This document shows positions 24,547-32,007 of a stretch of DNA of 32,007 nucleotides, one piece after another. This stretch comes from Candidatus Kerfeldbacteria bacterium. Lineage in GTDB: Bacteria; Patescibacteriota; Patescibacteriia; SBBC01. The notes under the pieces are model-generated. The model saw only the letters and a list, made by a program, of their open reading frames with translations, had not been told where the DNA came from and ran no database searches. The translations under genes were made by a program, and so were the position numbers. The DNA is taken from positions 1 through 32,007 of the forward strand of contig JACQKI010000015.1 in assembly GCA_016204645.1 (NCBI GenBank), given 5' to 3'. How positions within the stretch are numbered: the first letter of the stretch is position 1; every line of letters starts with the position of its first letter.

Positions 24547-25098
24547 ATGACCCGCGCCGACGCCCTAGCCATCCTTGACGAATTCGTTAAGAATCCGAAT
24601 CTGAAAAAGCACATGCTAGCGGTTGAAGCCGCTATGCGCGCTTACGCCGGGAAATTTGGCGGCGATCCAGACGAGTGGGGGATTGTTGGTTTGCTGCACG
24701 ACTTTGATTGGGAGATTCATCCGACACTTGAAGATCATCCGCTGAAAGGTCAGTCAATCCTCGAACAACGCGGTGTGCCGTTGAATATTCGTCACGCCAT
24801 TCTCGCTCACGCCCCAGCGACTGGCGTTCGACCTGAAACATCAATGGAAAGGGCGCTGTTTGCGAGCGATGAAATTAGCGGTTTCATGGTAGCGGTCGCC
24901 CTGATGACTCCCCATAAAAAACTAACCGAGGTAACTGTTGAGAGTATCGAAAAAAAGCTCAAACGCAAGGACTTCGCCGCCAAAGTCAACCGCCAGGAAA
25001 TCGAAGCGGGGATTACCACACTCGGCATCCCGCGCGACCAGCACTTCCAAACCGTCCTCCAAGCACTCCAAGGCATTCATGAACAACTCGGGCTGTGA
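24547..25098 (+). CDS. HD-domain metal-dependent phosphohydrolase
   Basis: 183 aa. It shows H...LLHDFDWEIH and downstream His residues (HAILAH), typical of small HD/HDIG hydrolases. Confidence 0.75.
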   Translation: MTRADALAILDEFVKNPNLKKHMLAVEAAMRAYAGKFGGDPDEWGIVGLLHDFDWEIHPTLEDHPLKGQSILEQRGVPLNIRHAILAHAPATGVRPETSMERALFASDEISGFMVAVALMTPHKKLTEVTVESIEKKLKRKDFAAKVNRQEIEAGITTLGIPRDQHFQTVLQALQGIHEQLGL

Positions 25099-25697
25099 GC
25101 ATGTCGAAGCTGCTGATTGCTACACGCAACCCGGGCAAGTTCCGCGAAATCAAAGCCGTGCTAGAATCACGGGTATCAGAGCTGGTTACGCCCGACGACC
25201 TGGGCATCACTGAAGAACCGGTCGAGGACGGAGAAACCTTCGCTGAAAACTCGCTCCTTAAAGCCAACTTTTTCTGGCAACGATCCGGCCTACCGGTACT
25301 GGCCGATGATGGGGGGCTAGAAATCGATGCGCTGGGCGGTCGGCCAGGGGTGCACTCACGAGTCATCGACGGGAAACGTTTGAATGATCAAGCGCTACGC
25401 GACTGGATTCTCGATCAACTCCGCGATGTGCCGGAACCGAAACGCACGGCCAAATTGAAGACTGTCATCACGCTGCGCATCAACCAGGACCGCAATTTCC
25501 AAAAAGAAGTCTGGCTCGACGGATTAATTCGCCACAGCGATTTGCCGATTAGCCCTGGCTACCCCTTTCGCTCGATATTTTTCCTACCGGATTTACGTAA
25601 GTTTTTCGATCAACTAACGCCCGAGGAGCATAATCGAGTTAACCATCGCAAACGAGCGATTATCGAATTGATTCCCTACATCCAACAGTACCTATGA
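25095..25697 (+). CDS. rdgB: RdgB/HAM1-family non-canonical purine NTP pyrophosphatase
   Basis: IATRNPGKFREI, ETFAENSLLKA, LADDGGLEIDALGGRPGVHS and a C-terminal HR(K)RA motif. GTG 25095 overlaps the upstream stop, and ATG 25101 is an alternative start. Confidence 0.88.
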   Translation: MSMSKLLIATRNPGKFREIKAVLESRVSELVTPDDLGITEEPVEDGETFAENSLLKANFFWQRSGLPVLADDGGLEIDALGGRPGVHSRVIDGKRLNDQALRDWILDQLRDVPEPKRTAKLKTVITLRINQDRNFQKEVWLDGLIRHSDLPISPGYPFRSIFFLPDLRKFFDQLTPEEHNRVNHRKRAIIELIPYIQQYL

Positions 25698-26962
25698 TTG
25701 ACGTTAAAGATCTTCAAAAGAACCCTGATACGTATCGCCGAGCCGCGAAAAACCGCGGTGGATTTGCGCTCCAGCAGGTTGAAGCTGCGCTAAAAAAGTT
25801 GGCATCGGTTCCCAATCGAAAACCCTTAGAGCAAAAACAGGCCTTACTCAATGCCGGAAGCAAGCTGATTCCAACGCTCAAAGGCCAGGAGCGAGCGCAG
25901 AAAGTCCAAGAACTCCGGGTAGTTTCGAACGAAATCAAAGAGCTTAAAACCCAGATAGTCAGTGCTGAAACTGCAGATGCAATGATCGCTTTGCAGATTC
26001 CTAACCTACCGAAAGACGATGTACCGATCGGAAAAGACGCGTCTGATAACAAAACAATTCGTGAGCAGGGCAAGAAACCGAAGCTCAAGCTACCAAAAGA
26101 TTATCTGACTATCGCTGAGAAACTTGGAATCATCGATGTTGAACGAGCGGCCAAAGTATCCGGTTCTCGATTCGGCTATCTGATCGGGGCGGCAGCGGAG
26201 CTTGAGTTCGCGCTCATTCATTACGCGCAGGATATCGTCCTCCCAGAACGTTTTACCATGATCGTACCGCCAGTGCTCATCAAAGCAGACAACATGCAAG
26301 CCATGGGTTACTTAGCCGGAGGAGGGGAGCGGGAAACCTATCATTTTGAAAAAGATGATCTGTACCTGGTCGGCACTTCTGAACAGTCAATCGGACCAAT
26401 GCATCGTGATGAAACTTTTTCTGAAAGCGATTTACCGAAACGTTACCTGAGCTTTTCGACCTGCTTCCGCCGTGAAGCTGGATCGTACGGCAAAGACACT
26501 AAAGGCATTCTACGAGTGCATCAATTTGATAAACTAGAAATGTTTTCGTTTACGCTGCCTGAAAAATCAGATCAGGAACATGAATTTTTTCTGACGCTGC
26601 AAGAAAGACTTTGGCAGGGACTCGAGATTCCATACCGCGTTGTTAAACTTTGCACCGGTGAGCTTGGTTTTCCCAGTGCCCGGACATACGACATCGATGC
26701 GTGGATGCCGGGGCAGGGGAGATACTTTGAAGTCGCTTCGACATCGACCACTACCGATTACCAGTCCCGCGACCTCAACATCAAGGTCCAGCGTGAGGAT
26801 AAAAAAGAGCTGGTCCACATGCTCAACGGCACTGCCTTTGCCATCGGACGGACATTAGCCGCGATCATCGAAAACTACCAGCAGGCTGACGGCTCGGTTG
26901 CCATTCCAAAAGTCCTCCAGCCGTACCTGAACGGCCAAAAGACGATTTCCAAACCGCAGTAG
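25694..26962 (+). CDS. serS: Serine--tRNA ligase
   Basis: ATGA overlap at 25694. 422 aa with an N-terminal coiled-coil arm. It shows FRREAGSYGKDTKGILRVHQFDKLE (motif 2) and LNGTAFAIGRTLAAIIENYQ (motif 3). Confidence 0.93.
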   Translation: MIDVKDLQKNPDTYRRAAKNRGGFALQQVEAALKKLASVPNRKPLEQKQALLNAGSKLIPTLKGQERAQKVQELRVVSNEIKELKTQIVSAETADAMIALQIPNLPKDDVPIGKDASDNKTIREQGKKPKLKLPKDYLTIAEKLGIIDVERAAKVSGSRFGYLIGAAAELEFALIHYAQDIVLPERFTMIVPPVLIKADNMQAMGYLAGGGERETYHFEKDDLYLVGTSEQSIGPMHRDETFSESDLPKRYLSFSTCFRREAGSYGKDTKGILRVHQFDKLEMFSFTLPEKSDQEHEFFLTLQERLWQGLEIPYRVVKLCTGELGFPSARTYDIDAWMPGQGRYFEVASTSTTTDYQSRDLNIKVQREDKKELVHMLNGTAFAIGRTLAAIIENYQQADGSVAIPKVLQPYLNGQKTISKPQ

Positions 26963-26964
26963 CA

Positions 26965-28059
26965 ATGACCAAGTCAGACCGTACCTGGGTCGAGGTCTCG
27001 CGTCGTGCTCTATTGAGTAATTTTGGCCAATTTCAGCGCTTTTTTCATAGCCAAGCCCTAATTGCGCCGGTGGTTAAAGCCAACGCCTATGGGCATGGGA
27101 ACGGCTTAGTCGTAAAAACGCTCAACCACAGCCAAGTTTGGGGCTTCTGTGTGGCCTACGACAGTGAGGCTATCGAACTTCGACCGCTAACAGATAAGCC
27201 ATTACTCGTCTTAAGCGCTTGGCAACCGATCAACCTACCTACGCTGATTCGCCGTCGGATTCAACTGGTGATCTGGGATCGATCGGCTGCCCAGGCTGCC
27301 GCCCAAGCCGCTCAACGAATCAATCGTCAAGCAATCGTCCATCTGAAAATCGACACCGGCACTTCCCGAATTGGCACCCGGCCTGAAGCTTTGGCCCCGC
27401 TCCTCAACTACCTAAAACGTCAACGCTGGCTGCACCTGGAAGGGGTCTTTTCACACTACGCTGACTCGGAATCGAATTCGCTGCGCTTAGCACGCCAGCA
27501 GCGCGCTGACTTCATCCAAGCCGCCAGCCAAGTTTCAGCCCCCCTCGTCCACATAGCCTGCACCGCGGCCAGCCTGCGTTTACCGATTCCGCCAACCAAC
27601 CTAGTTCGGCTGGGCCTCGGCTTGTACGGGCTGTGGCCGTCGCCAGCCACCCGTCGGGCAGACCGCGTCAGGTTGAAACCAGCCATGACGTGGAAAACAC
27701 GGGTGCTGCAAGTCAAGTCGGTCCCGGCCGGCACTGCTATCGGCTACGATCGAACGTACCGCGTCCGTCGGGCGACGACCATTGCCGTGTTGCCCGTCGG
27801 CTACGCCGACGGCTACGACCGGCGGGCATCCAACCGCAGTCACGTCATCATCTCTGGCCGTCGGTGCCCAATCGTCGGACGTGTCAGCATGAACCTGGTT
27901 ATGGTCGACCTCGGCCGACGGCCGGTCAGTGCCGGAACCGAAGTCACCTTGCTCGGCCGGGGAGCGGAGGCCGACGTGCTGGCGCGTGAGTGGTCGACCA
28001 TCGGGTACGAAGTGGTCAGCCGGATTTCACCCAACATACCGCGGTACGCCGCGGCCTGA
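26965..28059 (+). CDS. alr: Alanine racemase
   Basis: PLP-lysine motif VVKANAYGHG, FSHYADSE, LPVGYADGY and GRVSMNLVMVDL. 364 aa. Confidence 0.9.
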   Translation: MTKSDRTWVEVSRRALLSNFGQFQRFFHSQALIAPVVKANAYGHGNGLVVKTLNHSQVWGFCVAYDSEAIELRPLTDKPLLVLSAWQPINLPTLIRRRIQLVIWDRSAAQAAAQAAQRINRQAIVHLKIDTGTSRIGTRPEALAPLLNYLKRQRWLHLEGVFSHYADSESNSLRLARQQRADFIQAASQVSAPLVHIACTAASLRLPIPPTNLVRLGLGLYGLWPSPATRRADRVRLKPAMTWKTRVLQVKSVPAGTAIGYDRTYRVRRATTIAVLPVGYADGYDRRASNRSHVIISGRRCPIVGRVSMNLVMVDLGRRPVSAGTEVTLLGRGAEADVLAREWSTIGYEVVSRISPNIPRYAAA

Positions 28060-28061
28060 GT

Positions 28062-29066
28062 ATGCTGAATCCCTGGCGCCAGCTTTTTTCTCGCCGATCG
28101 CGACGCCGAGATTTTGCCGCCCCAGCCCTGCAGCGCAACCCGATATTTATCGAGTCCCGCCGACCAGGCTGGCCGTGGATCGCGGCCGGCCTGCTGGCGG
28201 TGGCGGGAGCCGCGTTCGTCCTGCTCTCGCCGCGATTTCGGATTACCGACGTTACTGTCAGCGGCGCAGTCCGGCTGGATCCAACCAGCATCCGGGCCGC
28301 GGTCAACCGCCAGCTCAACCAGGGTTGGATCGGGCTGCACTGGAAACGGGTTGTCTTTTTAACCCCAACCGACTCGATCGCTAGCAGCCTGCGTCAATCG
28401 GTCCAGCCGCTGATCAGCCTCGACGAGATCGCGGTCGAACGCCACGGCCGCCACACCCTGGCGGTCCGCATTCGGGAGCGGCAGGCTAACTTGATTTGGC
28501 AGTCAAGCGGACGCCAGTTCATGCTCGACGACCGCGGCACGATTCTCGAGCGGGCGCCGACGCCGCTACCGCCCGGCCTGCTGACCGTGCTCGACCGTAA
28601 CAACATTCCGACTTCGATTGGCCAGCCGGTCGTTCCGCCGTCCCTGGTGGCCGCCATTCGTTCGCTGAACGATGCGCTGCCGAAGTTTGCAGTTCCAGTC
28701 GCCGGTTACTCCACCTGGCCGGTCAGCTGCCTGCCGGAGCCGACCCGCCCCGAACGATCAGTCATAATTTCCAACACCAACCAGTCGCTGAATAACCAGA
28801 ACGCCAACCGCTCCGCCGACGTCAACCGCGCTACCAAGGCCGACGACGCCACATCCGCGACTTGCAATCTGGTCGAACTGGCCGTCCGGGAACCGACCCT
28901 GGTGGTCAGAACGGAGGAGGGCTGGGAGCTGCGGATCGACTCCAGTCTCAACCTCGAAGCACAGCTGGCTAAGCTCCGCATTGCGCTGGTCGAACGGCTC
29001 GACAGTCAACGCCGTCAGCTCGAGTATGTCGACGTTCGCTTCGGCGATCGCGTCTTTTACCAGTAA
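28062..29066 (+). CDS. ftsQ: FtsQ/DivIB-like cell division protein (POTRA domain)
   Basis: ATG 28062 lies 2 nt after the alr stop. It has a basic cytoplasmic head and one TM (WPWIAAGLLAVAGAAFVLL). The POTRA-like segment is FRITDVTVSGAVRLDPTSIRAAV. The C-terminus is YVDVRFGDRVFY. Confidence 0.7.
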   Translation: MLNPWRQLFSRRSRRRDFAAPALQRNPIFIESRRPGWPWIAAGLLAVAGAAFVLLSPRFRITDVTVSGAVRLDPTSIRAAVNRQLNQGWIGLHWKRVVFLTPTDSIASSLRQSVQPLISLDEIAVERHGRHTLAVRIRERQANLIWQSSGRQFMLDDRGTILERAPTPLPPGLLTVLDRNNIPTSIGQPVVPPSLVAAIRSLNDALPKFAVPVAGYSTWPVSCLPEPTRPERSVIISNTNQSLNNQNANRSADVNRATKADDATSATCNLVELAVREPTLVVRTEEGWELRIDSSLNLEAQLAKLRIALVERLDSQRRQLEYVDVRFGDRVFYQ

Positions 29067-29079
29067 CCTTTCACACCGC

Positions 29080-31635
29080 ATGGGGGGCGTGCCGCTTCAC
29101 CACCAGGGCTTCCAGACTCCGTCCGACGCCGACGTCGTGCGACTGCTGGATTCGTCGCCGGGCGGTCTGGCCGGTTCGGTAGCGGCTGAACGCCGGCTGC
29201 ATGACGGACCGAACGTCTTACCCCGGAACGAGCAAGCTTGGTTCGGCATCGTAGTCAGGCAATTTGCCACGCCGCTGGTCGGCTTACTGGCGCTGGCCGC
29301 GCTGGTAGCGGCCGTCCTGGGCGAAACCAGCGACCTGGTTACCGTCATCGGCATCATCCTGCTGAACGGCTGTCTGGGGTTCATTCAGGAGTTCCGATCT
29401 GCGCGGTCACTGGCCGCGCTGCGAGCATTTCTGCGTCAAACCGCGACGGTCGTCCGCGATGGCGGCGCAATCCGGACGGTCGAGCGTTCGGATCTGGTCC
29501 GCGGCGACGTAGTGCTGCTGGCACCCGGTGATCAGGTACCGGCCGATCTCCGACTACTAGCGGTCGACCGGCTGTCAGTCGACGAATCGACTTTGACCGG
29601 CGAGTCGGACCAGCAGCCCAAGCAGGCCGGGCCGCTCCCGCAGCCGACCGAGCTGCTGCACCAATCCACCAACCTGCTGTTTGCCGGAACGTTCATCCGG
29701 TCTGGCCAGGGCAGGGGAGTGGTAATCGCCACCGGTTACCGGACGGTCCTCGGCTCGATTGCCGAGTTGGTGGCTGAAACGAAACGGGTCAGCGCCTTTG
29801 AGCAAAACCTGAAAACCCTGAGCCGTTTCCTACTCAGGGTGGTGGCGGTGTCGCTAGCCGCAGTCTTCGTCATCAACCTGCTGACCAAGAGTGAAACCAT
29901 TTCGCTGGCCGAACAGCTGCTGTTTGCCATGGCCCTGGCCGTCTCGGTCGTGCCCGAGGCGCTGCCGGCCGTGACCACCATCACCCTATCCCGGGGCGCT
30001 CTGCAGCTGGCCCGTCGGCACGTGGTGGTCAAACGGCTGACCGCGATCGAAGATTTGGGTCACATCGACGTGCTGTGCACTGACAAAACCGGGACGCTGA
30101 CCGAGAACAAGCCGAGCGTCTCGACCATAATCGCCACCGATCGGACCGCCCTGCTGACGGCTTGGCTCGAGTCGATACCGCCCTCCGTCAAAATCGGGGC
30201 TCGGTCGATCGGCGATCCCTTTGACCTGGCAGTGACGGTGCTGGCGCAACAAGAGGGGCTGCCGCCGCCGGATGCAGCTACCCTCGATCAAGTCCCGTTC
30301 AGCCCCGAACGGCGGCGGAGCGGGAGCTTGGTCCGATCCGGACGGCAGCTGCGCTACATCGTGCGCGGCGCCCCGGAAACGGTGCTGCCGGCATGCGCCA
30401 GCGGGTCAGGCCGACTGAGCCAAGCGTCGCTCTCGGTACGCCTGCAGGAACTGGGTCGCGCCGGAGAACGGGTCCTGGCGGTTGCGGTCAAGCGCTTAGA
30501 CGCTCGGCCGACCGAGCCGCTCGATAGCCTCGAGCAGGGCCTAGAACTGGTCGGGCTGATTACATTCCGCGACCCGCTCAAGCCCACCAGCCGCCGCGCC
30601 ATGCTCACAGCCGAACAGATGGGTGTGCAGGTTAAAATCGTGACCGGCGACAGTCCAACCGTCGCCGGCGCCGTCGCTCAGCGTCTCGGCCTGATCCGTA
30701 CGTCACGCGAGGTGATTACGGGCGAGCAGCTGGCACGGATGTCCGAAGCCGAGGCTGCTCAGACGGTCAGAACGTACCACGTCTTCGCCCGGATGACGCC
30801 GCAGAGCAAGTTCCAGCTGCTGCAAGCCTTACGGCACCAAGGCCGAACCGTCGGCTTCCTGGGCGAGGGGATTAACGACGCCCCGGCGCTCAAGCTGGCT
30901 TCGGTCGCGCTGGTAGTCGATTCGGCGGCTGACGTCGCCCGCGAAGCGGCTGATATCGTACTGCTCGACCGCAGCCTCGAGGTGGTGATTGAAGGCATTC
31001 GGCAGGGTCGAACCATCTACGTCAATATTCTCAAGTACGTTAAGTACACGCTGGTCGGGAACTTTGGAAACTTCTTCGCGATTGCCGGCATTTCGCTGAT
31101 CACCGACTTTCTGCCAATGCTGCCGGTCCAGATTCTCCTGACCAACATTCTGACTGACTTTCCGTTGATCGCGGTGGCCACCGATCGCGTTGACCCGGCC
31201 GAGACAAAACAACCGCAGCACTTCCGCCTGCGTGAGCTCGGATTCCTGACGTTGACGCTCGGCCTGGTCAGTTCACTATTCGATTTCATATTCTTTGGAA
31301 TCTTCCGGACCAGCGCGCCCACCACCATTCAAACCCTGTGGTTCACCTACAGCATTATCAGCGAGCTGGCGTTGATTTTCGTCCTGCGAACCAGTCGGCC
31401 GATCCAGCAGGCACGCGGCGCCGGCCTCAGTCTGATCTGGCTGACCGTGGTGGCTGGGCTGATTACCGTCAGCCTGCCGTTTACAGCCTATGGCCAACAT
31501 ACCTTCCACCTGGTGCGGCCGAGCAGTCAAGTCATGCTGATTATTGCCGGACTCGTGCTGTCCTACGTTGTCATGACCGAGATTGTGAAACGCTTGTACT
31601 ATCGGCAGTACCAGTACCATCCGACCAAGCCCTAG
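29080..31635 (+). CDS. Cation-translocating P-type ATPase (P2/P3-like; ion specificity not assignable)
   Basis: 851 aa from ATG 29080. It has a Cation_ATPase_N-like head, TGES, the phosphorylation site CTDKTGTLT, KIVTGD and GEGINDAPAL. TM4 carries VPEALPAV. About 10 TM segments. Confidence 0.9.
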   Translation: MGGVPLHHQGFQTPSDADVVRLLDSSPGGLAGSVAAERRLHDGPNVLPRNEQAWFGIVVRQFATPLVGLLALAALVAAVLGETSDLVTVIGIILLNGCLGFIQEFRSARSLAALRAFLRQTATVVRDGGAIRTVERSDLVRGDVVLLAPGDQVPADLRLLAVDRLSVDESTLTGESDQQPKQAGPLPQPTELLHQSTNLLFAGTFIRSGQGRGVVIATGYRTVLGSIAELVAETKRVSAFEQNLKTLSRFLLRVVAVSLAAVFVINLLTKSETISLAEQLLFAMALAVSVVPEALPAVTTITLSRGALQLARRHVVVKRLTAIEDLGHIDVLCTDKTGTLTENKPSVSTIIATDRTALLTAWLESIPPSVKIGARSIGDPFDLAVTVLAQQEGLPPPDAATLDQVPFSPERRRSGSLVRSGRQLRYIVRGAPETVLPACASGSGRLSQASLSVRLQELGRAGERVLAVAVKRLDARPTEPLDSLEQGLELVGLITFRDPLKPTSRRAMLTAEQMGVQVKIVTGDSPTVAGAVAQRLGLIRTSREVITGEQLARMSEAEAAQTVRTYHVFARMTPQSKFQLLQALRHQGRTVGFLGEGINDAPALKLASVALVVDSAADVAREAADIVLLDRSLEVVIEGIRQGRTIYVNILKYVKYTLVGNFGNFFAIAGISLITDFLPMLPVQILLTNILTDFPLIAVATDRVDPAETKQPQHFRLRELGFLTLTLGLVSSLFDFIFFGIFRTSAPTTIQTLWFTYSIISELALIFVLRTSRPIQQARGAGLSLIWLTVVAGLITVSLPFTAYGQHTFHLVRPSSQVMLIIAGLVLSYVVMTEIVKRLYYRQYQYHPTKP

Positions 31636-31657
31636 ATCGAGCGACATAAAAGATATA

Positions 31658-31683
31658 TTGTGCGACACTTGTGTATCGTACAA
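31658..31683. terminator. Candidate bidirectional intrinsic terminator hairpin between convergent genes
   Basis: The 5-prime arm 31658-31668 (TTGTGCGACAC) pairs with the 3-prime arm 31673-31683 (GTATCGTACAA) around loop TTGT. Eleven positions pair with 1 mismatch and 1 G-T. It sits in the only AT-rich spacer, 31636-31705. The minus-strand transcript would be followed by AUAUAUCUUUUAU. Confidence 0.35.
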
Positions 31684-31705
31684 AATTGAGATTGCGCCTT
31701 ATCCC

Positions 31706-32007
31706 CTACAACACTGGTAGGTATTTCAGCGGATCGTCAGGAATCCCGTTTACTCGAACTTCAAAGTGCAGGTGTGGACCAGTCGTGAGTCGACCAGCCC
31801 CGGCCGTGCCTGGGGTTGCGCCGGAACGGCCAATCACCTGTCCCCGCCTGACCGTATCCCCTTCATTGACCGACACCTGGCTGAGGTGGCCGTAAACCGT
31901 GGCTAAGTTGCCGCCGTGGACAATGGTCAAGAAGTTGTACGCAGACCACAGAATGTTTCCTTTGCTGTCGCGAATCCAGTCGAGCTTACGGGCGATGGCG
32001 ACTACCC
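31706..32007 (-). CDS. M23/LytM-family metallopeptidase, C-terminal part (gene continues beyond the right edge)
   Basis: The minus-strand frame is open from the window end to stop TAG (31708-31706). It shows YGHLSQVSVNEGDTVRRGQVIG and GPHLHFEVRVNG, the HxH motif of M23 peptidases. Confidence 0.85.
   Translation of the reverse strand, partial: VVAIARKLDWIRDSKGNILWSAYNFLTIVHGGNLATVYGHLSQVSVNEGDTVRRGQVIGRSGATPGTAGAGRLTTGPHLHFEVRVNGIPDDPLKYLPVL

Noticed and set aside
31671-31895. A 74-aa + strand ORF at the right end.
   Set aside because: It lies antisense to the clearly conserved M23 peptidase C-terminus (HLHFEV motif) and has a Pro/Arg/Ser-rich, motif-less translation.
1-32007. Search for CRISPR repeats, tRNA/rRNA genes, IS elements, integrases, phage genes, toxin-antitoxin or defence systems, and UGA recoding.
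   Set aside because: No spacer-repeat periodicity was seen, and no intergenic gap exceeds 84 nt. No transposase or recombinase motifs appear in any ORF. TGA is used as a genuine stop in several ATGA/GTGA overlaps, so the standard genetic code applies.

Overview
GC-rich bacterial chromosomal segment, about 60% G+C by hand-sampled lines but locally 33-73%. It is almost entirely coding. 29 of 31 protein genes lie on the + strand, and many junctions share start and stop nucleotides (ATGA, GTGA, TAATG). I found no rRNA, tRNA, CRISPR array, transposase or integrase. Three blocks are visible. (1) 1-14.3 kb is an envelope-glycan region. It holds ABC-2 permease paralogues and an ABC ATPase, three family-2 glycosyltransferases (one frameshifted), and a Zn-ribbon SAM methyltransferase. 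It also holds a Wzy_C/O-antigen-ligase-like membrane protein, a DUF4012 protein, an extra MreB paralogue and a GT4 glycosyltransferase. The region is interrupted only by a divergent msrA/gpsA pair. (2) 14.3-22.4 kb carries holB, a seven-Asp-box secreted propeller, frr, rseP and a canonical mreB-mreC-mreD-mrdA morphogenesis cluster. (3) 22.5-32 kb carries greA, lysS, an HD hydrolase, rdgB, serS, alr, an FtsQ-like POTRA protein, a P-type cation ATPase and the 3-prime end of a convergent M23 peptidase gene. The best candidate for something undescribed is the tightly coupled 12-gene operon at 2444-14276. It joins an uncharacterised-type ABC-2 exporter, glycosyltransferases, DUF4012 and a second, differently membrane-anchored MreB actin homologue. 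Other points are a 1-nt frameshift in a G4 run inside a GT2 gene and a recurring leaderless promoter geometry (TTGNNN-N17-TANANT-N6-start). Shine-Dalgarno sequences are nearly absent, and there is a lower-GC trough over the housekeeping genes at about 22.5-27.4 kb. All functional calls rest on motif recognition by eye. No database search was possible.
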